A DNA stretch of 62,745 nt, filler included, from Trichosphaerium sp. ATCC 40318 (taxonomy: Eukaryota > Protista > Tubulinea): NCBI GenBank assembly GCA_038496445.1. It is 3 parts of 3 records of this genome, joined end to end, with 100 filler letters (N's around TTAATTAATTAA, not from the genome) between each part and the next. Parts side by side here need not be neighbours in the genome. Positions count along the whole stretch, not along the records: positions 29,506 to 48,575 come from JALMLS010000347.1; positions 48,676 to 62,745 come from JALMLS010000415.1; 1 more part is not named here. One strand, written 5' to 3'. Within the stretch, counting starts at the first letter, position 1, and every line of letters starts with the position of its first letter. Of this stretch, positions 39,051 to 53,212 are shown piece after piece. The translations under genes were made by a program, and so were the position numbers. The notes below the pieces were generated by a model, which saw only the letters and a list, made by a program, of their open reading frames with translations, ran no database searches and had not been told where the DNA came from.

Positions 39051-40724
39051 TTAATCTAAATTGTAGAAGTATTCTTCAGGGATATAATCATCAACTTCTT
39101 CGTCAGATGACAGGGCTGAAACTAAATAAGGCTTTTTTTGCAAAAGCCATTTTTTTGCCACCAAATACAGCCTTATTTTTCACCAAATTGCCTTGTTTTT
39201 GCCAAAAAAAATGGGCAAATATGAGGCATTGCCTTGTAATTTTGGGCTTTGAAGCCTCATATTTGGGCCAAATAGCAAGCAACTGGTTCACTAATTAGCC
39301 TTAAAATAGCCTGCATTGTTGGTCCAATAATGCCTCATTTTTTGTGCAACAATAAGGCATTTTTGCCCTCAATTTTTGGGCATAACCCAGGCACCATATA
39401 CTCATAAAACAAGGCTTTATATAGGCATACAATAGTGATTCATTTATTAAAGTACAGTACACAAAACACAAAAAACTTCAATGTCCTCCATGTGAAAAAA
39501 AACCTTTAGTTAAAAAAAAAAATTAACAAATTATTGGTATAATTTTCGCGGACTGGAAAAATGGTTTAAAGTACCTATAATCCTGTTGTAGCTGGATTTG
39601 GGTGCTGCGGTTCGAATGGCGGTGGTTTCGTTAGAATCCATAAAATACTAAGCGCGTGGTGACGGCGTCTATATAAAACGTCAGTAGTAAATGAAAAAAA
39701 AATGTTTAGGAAGTGTTGGTGTGGTGGAGACTTACCTTAAACCAATGTATCCTTAATGTACAATGTGTACACAACCAATGCCTAATTGGTGCCTATAAAT
39801 TTAAGGCTGGCAATGCATAAAAAAACTAGGGCAGGCATTGCCTAAAAAAAACAAGGCATTGCAACAATTAAGGCATTGCCCAACAAAGCCTTATTTCAAT
39901 GCCTGATTTTTGCCTTTTCTGCCATTGCCTTTGCAAAATCAGGCATTGCCATTTTTGCATGCCTGATTTTTGCCATCAATGCCTGATTTTAAAAAAATGC
40001 CTTCATATTTAAGGCAAAGCCTTGTTTAGTTTCAGCCCTGTGAGTAAACCATTTCATAATCAGATGAGTCAGGCACGTTATTGAAACCGTTGTTGAAATC
40101 GACGTGGATAGTACCATCCGCATTAGTTGTGACCATCGGTTGTTCTTGAGGGTCGCTGTTGTCGGTGGTATTTAAGCAAGATTCAAAACGCGGCATCTTA
40201 AGTGTAGGAACAGGAGAAGGCGCATTTCTGTTTACTGGACACTTAATACTTGTTAGCGACTCATTATCTCCAAAATCGACATCTGGATCGACGTCCATTG
40301 AAACATCATCACCATAACGTAACGCAGTATGATCTATCATGTCATGGCTGATTGGCGAAGTACATCCACTATAATTTGGCGAAGTTGGGTGATACGAAGG
40401 CGAACTCTCTTGAAAATACGGTCTCGGAGCTTTGAGAAGGCCCAGCAGATAAGTACGGCGTGCGATCGAAGATTGGCGCGTTTGGAGCGCTTGAGCGATA
40501 ACAATCATGCGTGGTACCGTCGTACAAAAAGCTACGATGGTTTCGGCTTCGCAACGTCTTAAAGCGAGGTCTTGGACCATTTGCGCAAGAAGCTCGTGTA
40601 TAGCTTTCATTGCGTTGGCGCTGAAACTTCCAGGTGTAAGGTCAATGGCCGGAATGGGTAAGGACGAATCGTTTGAAAGATCATCAGTGATCGTAGATAC
40701 TTCAGTTCTCCAGAGGTGCTCCAT
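39051..40724 (-). CDS. Extra ORF3 of retrotransposon 1, interrupted by element B2
   Basis: ATG 40724; removing B2 and one TGA restores ..MVYSSDEEVDDYIPEEYFYNLD*, ending just before the PPT. Confidence 0.75.
39111..40040. mobile_element. Non-autonomous TIR element B2 (930 bp, related to B)
   Basis: TIR CAGGGCTGAAACTAAA, 3-bp TSD TGA, AAGGCA/TGCC repeats, internal blocks homologous to B. Confidence 0.92.
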
Positions 40725-40872
40725 GTTGCTTGTATTTCTAATTAAATTATATTCTTTCTCTCGTTGTTGTGTTCAGTGATTTGTTATTGCGTCATGTGTG
40801 TTAAATGTCAATTGTATGTATTTGTCTGTTTTTAATCAGACTGTTGTAGGCTTTGATTTGTTCAGGGCTTTC

Positions 40873-43800
40873 TTATTTTGCTGAAAGCTCCATCCTAATT
40901 TTCATTTGGGAAGTGTTCTTATCTTGCGCCCATCTTTTAGCAATAGTGATAAGAGCTTGTTTGCTGTTTGCCGTTCTAACTTCTTTTCGGAGTTTCTTTC
41001 TTTGGTTAGTATTTGCAATGTACCCTTCAATAATTGAATACATTGGTGGCTTGTAGTTAGTTGGTTCGTTCGTTTTAGTGCCTTCCATTTTGGTAAGTAA
41101 CCGTTGTAGTTCTATTTGAAATGTATCTGCTACATTCGCTGTTCCTGCGGTTCTAGGTGACCTACGAATTCGTCGTGGTGGAGTAATTGGTACTTCTGGT
41201 GTGAAATAATCTTCTGTGTTATTATCGTTCAGTTCTATTGTCCCTTGTGATATGTTCTTTTTTTCGCGCAAAACTTCATCCGAATTTTTAACGGATATAA
41301 CCGGAGCGTTTTGTAATTTATATCTTCGCCAATTTTCATCCTCTTCTTCACTGATATCATCTTCGCTACTTACTTTGGAGCTTGTTTCGCTGTTTGAGAT
41401 GCTAATTTCTCCGCTAACACTCTCGCTTTGACTTAATTCTCCGCTGCTGTTTGTAGCGTCATTTTCTCCGTTATCAAGGTTGACGTCAATATCGTCTACA
41501 CCTCTTGGTAATGGTGGCGCTTTTGTCGTTTGTTGTTGCCCAGTATTTCTAAATTCAATATCATAATCATCATCATCTGAGTCTGATTCTTCTGAATTCT
41601 TTGGTAGCGGCTTTGTAATAGGTCTATTTAATGTTGTACTGACTTCAAACGGTGGGTACATAGTACTTTGTTCTATGTTTCTGTCTTCTCGTTCATTATA
41701 TTTTTTTAAGAATTTTATGCTAACTACATTGTGCATCCGACTCTGGCTTTTGAAGTTAAGCTTGTATGCATTCGTGTTAATACGTTTTAACACCACATAT
41801 GGGCCTTTCCATCGGTGTTGTAATTTCTTCGTTAGGCCCGGTGTGGGGTTGTACTGCCACATCAGAACTTTGTCACCAACATTGAATACTGTTGTATTTG
41901 TATGTGAATCGTGATTCACTTTTGCTTTCTCTGCTGCTTCTAGCATTTTAGTTCTTGCTAATTGATGTGATTTTTGTAGGGCCTCAACCATTCGTGATCT
42001 GTATAACTTTAACGTTGTTGGTTGTTCATGTATTACATTTAAATCCAGCGGTCTTCTTGGATGTCGTCCAAACATTAAAAAGAATGGTGTTTCTCCTGTC
42101 GCTACATGATGTGTGGTACGATATGCCTGTAAGCATTGTGGTAAGTATTCATCCCAGTCTGTTTGAAACTCTTGATCACAGAATATGCCTAACATTTCTG
42201 CAAGAGTATGATTAAATCGCTCAACTTGTCCATCGGTTTGAGGATGGTATGAGCTTGTGGAAAGCTTGCGAATCTTGAACAGTTTTAATAAATCCGTCAT
42301 TAATTCACTTAAGAATTGTGACCCTCGATCTGTAAGTAACTGTTCCGGATAGCCGAATCTTGCAATGACTCGATCAAATAGTAATTTTGCAATTACTTCT
42401 GTTGTTGGGTTATAACACGCAAATGCTTCAACCCATTTCGTGAAGTAATCACAGAAAACAACTATACTGTTATTTCCCAATCTTGTTGTTTTCATTGGTC
42501 CGACAATATCAATTGCAAGTCGTTGCCAAGGAAAACTGGCAATCATTGGCATTAATTTACCTTGTTGTTTTCCTCGCTTGATCTTTTTCGTTTGGCAAAG
42601 TTTGCAACTGTCAATATACTTCTTAATTTGACTGTAAAATCCTGGCCAATAATAGTTGGACCTAATTGAATTAAAGGTTTTGAAGAATCCTAGATGACCA
42701 TTGTTGTCGTGATGGCTCATCAGTACTTCTGATATTAATGATTTCGGTATCACAATCTGTGATACTTCTGCTTTGACTTTTGGTACTGTTGGTAACCATA
42801 TGTGGTTGAGAATTCCATCATCGTTTATCCACATGAATCTTGATAGTGCAGCTACATTACGTGCTGTTGTTTGGTCTTTAGGTAATGTTTTGGTTTTGAG
42901 ATATGTTGTGATATCTCTACAAAACTGGTCATGGCTTTGACACACTTTGAGTCTTTCGATGCTGAATCCAGTTTGTTCTTCATTTGTTGTATCTTTGATG
43001 AATGGTGGACGCGATAATGCGTCAGCGTTGCCATGTAACTTTCCCGCCCGTTGTTCGATTGTGAAATCGTATTCTTGAAGTGCAAAGATCCATCTTGCGT
43101 ATTTTTGACGCACGTGCTTAGTGGTTAACAGCCACTTTAGTGATTCGTGGTCTGTTATTATTCTTACTTTGTTGCTGGCAATATATGGTCTATATCGTTC
43201 AGCTGCTTTAATTACGGCTAAGCACTCTTTTGCTGTTGTTGAATAATTTCGTTCAGCTTTGTTCAAACTCTTACTGAAATAGGATATGACTGACTCAATG
43301 TCGTTCTTTCTTTGAGCTAGTACTGCACCTATGCCTACGTTTGAGGCGTCTGTGTACAGTATGAATGGAAGTTCAAAATCCGGATATCCCAATATAGGGG
43401 CATTGCATAAGGCTTCTTTTAATTTGTTTATGCTATGATCTTGCTTTTGTGTCCATTTAAACTGCATGTCTGATTTCAGCAATTCATATAGTGGATATGC
43501 GATTTCTGTATATTTGTCTACAAACGAGCGATAATAGTTTGAGATCCCCAAGAATGACCTTAGGTCTGGTACATTCGTAGGTGGTGTCATATTCACAATT
43601 GCCTCTATTTTTGTTTTATCAGGTTTAACGCCATGTTGAGTTACTACATGACCCAGATATTTAACTTCTGGTACACAAAATTTGCATTTCTTTGCGTTGA
43701 GTGAGTGCGAGTATTTGTCAAATCGTTTGAATACTAATGCTAGTGCAAGCAAGTGTTGGTTGAATGTCTTAGTGAATATGATGATGTCGTCAATATAAAC

Positions 43801-46285
43801 TAATGCATACTTCCATGTCAACCCATTAAGAAGTACTTCCATATATCTCTGGAACGTGGCCGGTGCATTGACTAATCCAAAAGGCATCCTGTTAAATTCG
43901 AATAATCCAAATTTTGTAGTGAATGCTGTCTTTTGTTTATCTTGTTCTGCAACCTCTATATGCCAATACCCACTAGGTTGGTCTAATGTGGTAAAATACA
44001 CGGCTCCTGCAACAGAGTCTAGTGCTTCCTCTACTCGTGGTATTGGGTAAGAATTCTTTCTTAGTTAGACCATTTAATTTTCGGTAGTCCACACAGAAAC
44101 GAAGTGTTCCGTCGCTTTTTGGGGCTATTACCACTGGAAATGCCCATGGTGAATTGCTTTCACGTATTATTCTGTCTTCCAGCATGGTGTTGATCCGGTT
44201 CCATAGGTAGTCTGCTTCAGATGGTGATACTCGGTATGGTTGGTTTTTGACTGGACGTGCATCTCCTGTTACAATGTTGTGTGCTGGCATTTTGGACCTG
44301 GGGGGGCGCTTCGTGTTTTTAATAAACAGGTGACGGTATCTTGCGAGAAATGCCATTAGGAGCAGCTTTTGTTCGTCATTGATATTACTGTTCGAGAAGT
44401 CAAACATATCTCTGATCCCTTCAATATCACTGCTAAGTGTTTTCATGTCTTTTAAATCATCAATTATTGACTTTGCTTCTTTGAGTTCTGTTGATCTGAT
44501 AGCGTTAATTCTATTTGACTGCATCCAACTTCCAGTTGCAATCTTTAAACCCTTTGAAACTCCCATTGTCTCATTTGAGAAGTTCGCTACCTTAATACCA
44601 GTGTGTCCTCCGTGTACCATTACTATTGCCCGTTCGACTGCTGTTCCGTGTATATTACGGAACCTTTTGTCTGGTTCGATCATCATTACTCCTGATGAGG
44701 TGAGCGAGTGTGTTCTGACTGGCACAAATGAGTATGATCTTGGTGGTAATTTTACTTCATGTGTAACAAATAGTGTTTGGTCTTGTTTGTTTGTTTGACC
44801 ACGAATGCATGGCGAATTGATGTTTGGGTTGTTATTGAAGATCAGTTGATAATTGGGGGCATCAATCGTTATTTTCATGGATAGAATAGTATCCATACCA
44901 ATGAGTGGTTTGTCAAAGTCATCTACTACGATAAATCTAATCCAACATGGTTTTGATAGTCCGATTGTAACTTGAAACATTATCGTTCCCATTATTTTAA
45001 GTGGTTCATGTCCAGCTCCTTGCAATGTTGCTTTGGTTGGTTGCAATTTTGTGATCCCCATTTGTATAATATCCTTGTATGGGAATATGCTTCGTACTGC
45101 TCCTGAATCTACAATGGTTTCCATAGTGACTCTTTCTGTTTTGTTTGCAAAGGTGGCTAATGTGGATAGCACCGATGTTGCCTGACTATTTGCTGACTTG
45201 ATCATATAAACTGGATAGTTACCATTTTCTTCTTCAAACTCATCATTGTAATCATCATATATATTGGGTTCGTTGTCATAGTATTGATCCTCTCCCTCGT
45301 TTGTAATCATTCGTATGTATTGTCCTTGTTGTTGGTTACGGGATCGTTGTCCCTGAAATCGTTGGTTTGATCGGTTATTGTTATTATTGAATCTGCGGCG
45401 AAATCCATTGCCTCGTCTTGGTCGTTGTTGATAACGGTTATACTGGGGGTTATAACGAAATGGTCCTTGTTGTCTGTTGTTAAATTGTCTTCGTCTTTGT
45501 TGGTTAGGGCAATTGCGAGCTATGTGTCCGGTTCCATTGCAGTTATAACATCTGATGTTTGGATTGTTCGGTTGTTGTACTACATTAATAGTGCTTGGTA
45601 CCGGTGTCGGTGTTGGAGCTTGTACCGTGGCCTTCATAGTACTCATGACACTGACATGAAACATAGCTACCTCAGCGGCCTCTTGGGCTGATGCTGGTCT
45701 TTGTAAAAGCACATATTGTGCCAATTCTGAGGGCATAAGCTTTAAGCAAAATGCATCTCTGAGTTGTGTTGGATCGTGAATGCGTGCTTCTCGTGCTGCA
45801 ATATGGAATCGTCCGCTAAAACTACCAATATCCTCTCCCAACTGCATTTTTAATGATGCAAACTCATGCTTTTTCAAAACTGCATTTGTTTTTCTGCCAT
45901 AACGCTCTAACAGGTTTTTAACAATCTGGGTCCAAGCCATACTCGAGATGCTTGAACCGTCAGCAGGCTTGATACAGTCGAGTGCTTCACCAGTGATGTG
46001 GTTACGCAAAACAATTTCGTATTGGGTAATTTCCCAGTTACTGAAAGTACTTATGGACTTGATCTTATCAAGCCAATCCTCAACGCTGATTTTGTCTACT
46101 AATCTGTCACCTGTGAAGGCGCGTAGAGAACCTTTAGGTATTGATGGGTATTTTGGTTGGACATAAACAGGAAGTTCATTCGCTAAAATCGGATTTCCGT
46201 CCTCTCCTACTGCTGCAACGCGTGCTTTAAAAACCGGCTTATACACCTCGATGGCGTCGTTGATATCCACTAACTGTTCTAACAT
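40873..46285 (-). CDS. Gag-Pol of retrotransposon 1 (Gag, CCHC knuckle, protease, RT, RNase H, integrase); one 1-bp frameshift at ~44052
   Basis: CYNCNGTGHIARNC, IVDSGA, YIDD, TDAS, HHCC, IDIVGP/TDRG/QVER, GPY; PR-RT-RH-IN order. Confidence 0.97.
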
Positions 46286-48575
46286 ACTAATTCTCGACTA
46301 GACTTCTTCGGCACAGAAAACGGCTGTGATCACTTAACTATATTGGACGTGCTTAATTGATAAAAGTAAGCAGGTAAAAATCTGACAGTGTCGCCAAATG
46401 TTATGATGCAGATTTATTATCAAAGCGTGTTTATTAAGAATTACGACAATTACAAAAGTTACAAAGCGAGAAATAATATTGTGGTATTTGATTCAGTGAA
46501 AGAGAAAAGGGACTTCGCTGAAGATATGAATCTTAAGTTAGGTACAACTTAACAGTCAAGTCGGGCAAATCTCTTTAAGAACAGGCAGAGCGCTTACTCT
46601 TACTTTATTATTCAAGTCGGGGCAAACCCGGAAAATTACCAATTTTGGGAACGTACGGATTCTTGTTAATTTGCGAAAGGTGGGTAGGAGCCGAGAAAGA
46701 CCCAACAAAATGTCGTCACCTTTTCAAAGGGAAAAAAAAGTGAAAAACAAAACTGTTTTGGAATCACGTGTCATAGTTTGTAAAACAACATAAAGAATGA
46801 TTTCTCATAAAAGTTGACAAAACAACAAACAACATTTGTTATGTGCAAAATAATACTTGCAGGTTAATCAATGTGCAGATAACGTACATCGCATGTTGTA
46901 AATCTACTACGAGATATATACGTGACCTTCATAAACTAGACGTTTGTAGATACCGTTTATTCAAAAAGGAATTTTTGGCTAAGGTCAAAATTGTGTTTTA
47001 AACCCATTTGATAAGAAAAATTGTATGACAAGTTGGAAGTTTTAGAATACTGTTAGGGTATCGGATACCTTTAAGATTCATTTCATTTTCTCTTTTAAAC
47101 CATGAAAGGTATTACCAACAAATAAGCTTCAAGACTTTCTCTTCCCACACTGTTGTACAAGTTGAGGTATACTACGTTGCCGCATAGATAGTTTTGTTGG
47201 CAATCGTGAAGTCAATTCTATGGCAATTTTTGTTTGATCAAATAGTGAAATTATACAGTGGCCTAGAACAAGTTTGTCTTCACAGGTATTCCAAAACGTG
47301 CCAGAAATAGTTCTACATTCTGCGGCACTAGAAACATTAAGTAAACGAAGCTACTGGATGTAAGTAGAAAACCAAGGACAACATAAAACTACAAAATCAG
47401 AGGCGTACACCAAATAGACTCCACGTCAACGGCATGCTACCATCCCATTCGATAAAATGTACCGTATTTTCAGGCTAAAATGGCGATATACTAATAGCAA
47501 ACTGTTCTGGTACGTTTTGAAGCGCTCTTAACAGAAATCAACAAAGATTCCATGCAGAGGCTTTGCCGTTCAAAAATGCTGACAACCCGGACATTGCACT
47601 GACTGGTGTAGATACTGAAACGAACAACGCAAGAAGGCTAAGGATCGTTCTATCCAGTGCAAGATTCGAAAGGAAAAAAACGAAAAAAAGAAGCAAATGC
47701 AAGTTGTTTTTAAAAGACACTTGCTGCTTTTGTTTTATTTAGGTATTATCGTAAATTGACGTGTGATTATCGTACGAAATGAAATACATTTTGTCCATCT
47801 GTTGTTTCCTATGGTTTGTATGACAAACAACGCAAAACAAGTGCTTCAGGTGCATTTTCTTAACTACTTTTTTCATTTGAATAAAAGCGCCAAAAAGCTA
47901 AAAAAGCTATTTAATGTGACTTGTAGCGTAAAAACTACGCACACGTTGTTAGTTTACGAGTTGTTTTTCCGATTTTTCTTCACAATTACTTCAGAGAGGA
48001 TCAACAATGGTTACAACACGTCATTGTTGCAACTTAGTACGTTTAACTGCGGAGAAACTTGCAACTAGTTCGACTGCCTATCATCGCAGCGTAGCGTTTG
48101 CTTCGCTAGAATATAGCGAAACGGAGTGTTAAATCAAGTAACACGTAAAAGGAATATGGCATTCTGCTAAAACCATACAAAAAGGCCCCAAATTAGTCTT
48201 CTAGCGTTCCATGTAGTAGAGCGTTTTAAATAAGTATGTTGGTTCGTGTGTTGCACTCTAATGTGGGATGAAATCGGGAATTTTTTGAACCGAGCTCGGA
48301 GGTTATAGGAAAGATTTGGTATCCTCTTAACAACTACACAGACGATAAATAAACGCATCTAGGCATCTTATACTTCCATATACTAAAAAAGTAAAGCGAA
48401 AACGCGGAAAAACTATAGAACCCTTTTAAAACGAGTTTTCAATGGATATTTGCAGTACTTTTGCAACAATTTTTTTCTACTACTCGGTACCGTGAAGTTA
48501 TGAAAAAAGATGAATTTTCCGCCAACTACATTTTAAATTTTTTTATAATTGCTCCGATCACTTTACAAAGCAACA

Positions 48576-48675
48576 NNNNNNNNNNNNNNNNNNNNNNNNN
48601 NNNNNNNNNNNNNNNNNNNTTAATTAATTAANNNNNNNNNNNNNNNNNNNNNNNNNNNNNNNNNNNNNNNNNNNN
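48576..48675. other. Assembly gap with TTAATTAATTAA linker
   Basis: N44-linker-N44. Confidence 0.98.
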
Positions 48676-48711
48676 TTTCGGGTTGGTTTTAGTTGTAATT
48701 TTTGTTTTACA

Positions 48712-50375
48712 GATTACTTGGATTTTCCCTTCCAGTCGTTTGTAGAACGTGTTACGCCAATTCTACAGGTAGAAGGGCATTGTATAGATGATAACTTAGT
48801 GCGACACTGTTTGCCTAGAGACTTTGCTTCCACTGCAATCCAGTTGGCTTTTCAAGGGAGTATGTTGTGCAACAAAATAAGTCTAATTTTTTTTAAAGGA
48901 TGGTTTGGAACCATTAGTCATCATTCCAACAGCGCAATCAGTTCTAATGGAATATTTCGTGTTACAAGTGGGAAAGTTTGGTGTGGTACTTGCTATCATA
49001 TGAAATACGATTTGAATGTCGTGGATTTTAGAACGCTTGGTATCATTGATGAACAAGCAGGCGTGCTAATTGCAAAAGAATACTTAAAAAAACATCTTTT
49101 AGATGGAAGTGCTAAGTTAGATGATAAAATCATAGCTGCATGTTCTCCATTCTGGAGCCAATTGACCAGGTGAACTTTCAGAACTTGAAAACCAAGCTGA
49201 AAACAACAGATGCCTTGGAAGGGTTATCGCTGAAAATACGTTATCCTTCTCTCATCTTAAGATTATTCTTGAGAAAGCGCTACACAATCCCAACAAACCG
49301 TTTGCTACAAAAATTCAGCATGATGTCATTTTCTATTTAGCGCGCTCTGGCGGAAATAATTCTAATGTGGAGCCAATCATTGATGTTGTTGGAAAAGGTA
49401 TACCACCATCACGTGCTTGGGAGATAATTGGTTCAGTACCTCTAACATGTGAAAATGTACCTACTATTCCCTTCTTCTGGAATGCTTTAAAGTACCACCA
49501 TGTTTACGTGACAGTATAACGGACTAATACTATTAGCATGGGAATGATTAAAGGTCAGCTGCAGTTCACAGAAGTACCCTATGAAAAGTTTGTACAAGCT
49601 CAGTCCAAAAAGAGTTTGTTGAATCAACCTATTGTCCTGGCACCTGTCGATGTTTTACCAGCAGTGTTGGCTGGGTGGAAAGCAAAATGGAGACAGAAGA
49701 GGCATTGTTACCAATTTGATTGGTACAATTTGCACCAGCTTTTTTTTTTTACAATCTTTGCTGACACAGTTAGGAACTGTGGATTTAACACTTGATAGAA
49801 AACTTGTACATGAGTAGCTACTCAAACAATAAATAGTCTGTTAGCTGTGTGGTTTTTTAATCTTCTCCGTAATACCAAATTTGACAGGCACTATTTCTTT
49901 GAACCTTTTTAACAATTTACAAAAGTTGACCTCAGTTTGCAGCTTTCTTGTCTTTACTTTCCAAAGTGTAACTTCTAATCTGCCTCACATGGGATCACCG
50001 CAACCCTTAAAAGTACTTGAAGATATGCTAGCTGCTGATAGCACGTTTTCCACAGAGAACATTAAAAAATTCCGTGGTGGGAGGTTTTATACATGGAATG
50101 ACGTGTTTACTGGCACTTACGCTATAGAGTGGATGCAAGAAAAGTATAATATAACGGCAGAGGAAGCAATTAGTATTGGTCAATCACTATTCGAGTCAAA
50201 ACATATGAAAATCGCTGTTTCTACTAAAGGTAAGGCTATTCAAGGCCGGTTAAACTTATCTCATTTGAAAAAGGGTTACCTGTTGAATTTGGAGACTATT
50301 CTATTTACTATACGCTTGCTAAGCCCGACCAAACGCCAAATAGATAAAAATAAGGCGTTTTGCAGTTTAACGTAA
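48712..50375 (+). CDS. 3' part of a multi-exon gene with a C-terminal DEP domain
   Basis: RFYTWNDVFTGTYAIEWMQEKYNITAEEAISIGQSLFESKHM; 5' end lost in the gap; 3' end approximate. Confidence 0.6.
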
Positions 50376-50791
50376 ACCGCTTTTGTTTATTTCTTGGTTT
50401 TTGATGTCACGGTGTCAAATTTAAGTGAAAGGAAAAGGTGTCAGCTTGCTTACCAGAAATGAACAATGGTTGAGTTGCTCTCAGTGTGTCGCATTGTTTG
50501 AGAACGACTCCTCAAACTTTCAAGGGTTACAGCGTAGTGCTTTTACGTTCGCTGTTTGATTGTAACGTTAAGCCCACTTTTTAAAAGCCGATTTGTAGCA
50601 CCCACGTGACTTTCTGCCCTTATGCTCATGTGAAGTATTCCATAAGGTTACACTATTGTATACGTTGCGGAGTTGCACAAAGGCTGCCTATCACAACCCA
50701 TCTTGAAAAATCAGCCTTAGCGTTATTTCAGGGTCACTGGCTGTATCTATTGTTTTCGTTTGCGTGTTGAGTATCAAGTTTCTATTACTAA

Positions 50792-53212
50792 TTATTTAAT
50801 CACTCGGTTATTGGGGAGGTGCTCTTCTCGCACTGAAAATTGTGGTTTGGTTTTTATTTTATTCACAAGTTAAAATTACATCCTTTTCTTTTTTCTTTTG
50901 GTTTCTTTTTCTTTTTTTTTTGCTTCTTCTTTGATACTTGTCAAACAAAACAATTCTCATGGTTAAGCATATCTGTTTTTAGCTTTTCAGCTGTCCAACA
51001 TTTTAGTCTGAACATACCAAAGTAATAATGAAAGCAAGGTTGACTTGTCAACATCCTAAAACGTCGTTAGATCCAAACAGAAAAAAAGAAGAAACCAAAC
51101 AAAAAAAACCAAAAAGAATGCACGAGGGCACATACCTAACACATTGATTCTGGTTGTTCACGACATGTGGTACAACACCAGTACGCGCAAATCCAGCTGC
51201 ACCAAAAGTAGATCCAGGTGAAGCAATGATCTCATTTGACTCACCAAGAAGCCACATATCCACAAGAGCCATTGCAATAGGTTTCAATCCTTTGAAACTC
51301 TCTTTTGGAATCTAAACAAAAGAAAGTCAGAAACTTTGAGTTCTGAAGCTCGATCTAGGACGTACATCTATAAGACGATCACCAACGTGTATACGGAACT
51401 GTTGACGAACTTTACCACTGTCTGTGGCCAAAAAATATCGAGTTGTTGGTTCGTCAGATAGAAAAGTAGCACAAGAATGAAATGTTGGGATATGACGCTT
51501 TGGTACGCCTAATTTTTCGTTTGCTCTTATTTGAATACCAATAACAGTGTTATCTTTAAAATGCTTCTCTTTTACACTATCGATAACATCTTGAATCTCT
51601 GGAAGTGGTACCAAAAGCCAACGTGAAAGACGACCAAAAATTTCGTTCACATTACCAAAAGTTTTACAAACTTGATAACGGTGGTGTTCATTATGCATTA
51701 GCGCAGGTAAAAACCTAGTAAATCAATAAGTAAGTCGCCAAAAGACACGAAAAAAAAATGAGAAAAGCCAACAAAAAAAGCGAAAAAAATCTGACGGAGT
51801 TTTTCTTTCGTTGTATAGTGTACCATACCATTGGTTTGATTTTAAGTGTACAATCCGTTTATCCTCTGGGATACCAAGATCAGCATCACAAACAAAGCCA
51901 TTGTAACAGTTACGAAAAGTTGAGCCCCATCGAAGAGGATGGCTTCTTTTATACTCAAAATCCATTCTAAAAACATCTCTTCCAGATAGACTCACATCAG
52001 AATAGTTATGTAAGTGCCACCCAAAATCAACATCCTACACAACAAAAAATAAATAAATAATCATAAAAATGGAGTATCATATTTTTTCGACCAAACATTC
52101 AAAAAAGGCAACGCCACTCTATTTCTGGCGTAGAAAGTTGCCTTTTTTGAGTTTTTAGACTACCGCGAGATCTCAATTCACTGTGCTTTTCGAAGGTGTC
52201 AGAGTCAAAAGCTTACCTGAAATAGATCGCGTGCGTCAGTGTCACACAATGAAGACTCTTTCCAGTGAAGCAGGAATGCACGGTTAGTACTTGCTGCCAA
52301 AACAAATGCGGATAAGATAGCTTGTAATCTATTTCCAAGTCCAAAATTTCCTGGCTCGTAAATAAGTAACCGTTGTTTGGACTTTGGTCCAGCCATCATC
52401 TCTCTTTAAAACAAAACTTAGTTAAATATATTAATGTCGTAGTAAAACAGATATATCAAAGGAGAAAGAACCTTGACACAAAGAACAGGGAAGATATATC
52501 TTCAAAAAAAAAAAAAAAAATGGTCAAATACCTGTGCATCTTTGTGTATTCGCGCTTAAATGTTTCAAAGTGGATTGGATGCATATCAGTCGCATTTAAT
52601 CCACTACAAAAAGGAGAAGGTGCAGACCAAGGGTCAGGAGCATTTAATGTCTCAGGTTCTCTGCAAACAATGCTAATATAAAAGTAGAATGCAATGTATA
52701 AAAACACAATGATCCATCTTAATGTCAAGATCTTTTTATCTTCTCTAAATATCGTATATCAGTCAACCACACTTATCTTTAAAACAAAACAATTTTTTGC
52801 TTTTCGAAAACTGCAATTGGCAAGCATTGCATATATTGGCGATTGTTTATATCATATATGTCTAACGAAACTGCCATTTTAAAAAAAAACGGAACGCAAA
52901 AAAAAAAACTGTCACTTTTCTTCGTTTTTGTGCGATTCCGATTGATAATCGACTTTGTGGTTAATGCTATCATACTTACTTGTATAAATATGTTGGTGCT
53001 ACACTAAGCGCTAGACAAGCCATCCAAAGTAGTGGAATATGCGCTAGTGTTATAAAAGAGCACAAGAAGCCCAAAACGGCCTAGAGAACCGTTAGTCTTT
53101 CAAGTCTAAGAGATTTTTTTATGCGCACCATGCTCGCAATACAAAGAACTGTAAAAACAGCGATACCATACCGTTTTGGTAGTAAAAGCAACGCCATAGC
53201 TGGGACACTCAT
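50792..53212 (-). CDS. Fucosyltransferase (GT37/GT23 NodZ-like fold), type II membrane protein
   Basis: GLGNRLQAILSAF, VIGIQIR, YFLATDS, VDMWLLGES..SPGSTFG; hydrophobic N-terminus; start approximate. Confidence 0.85.

Larger units (their letters stand above)
38879..46554 (-). mobile_element. Ty3/gypsy LTR retrotransposon 1 (full length)
   Basis: Identical 156-bp TG..CA LTRs at 38879-39034 and 46399-46554; 5-bp TSD GTCAA; PBS TGGCGACACTGTCAG (probably tRNA-Ser, inference); PPT CAAGGAGGAA. Confidence 0.97.

Noticed and set aside
46560-48575. Short ORFs and possible exons between retrotransposon 1 and the gap
   Set aside because: No coherent gene model or motif; left unannotated.
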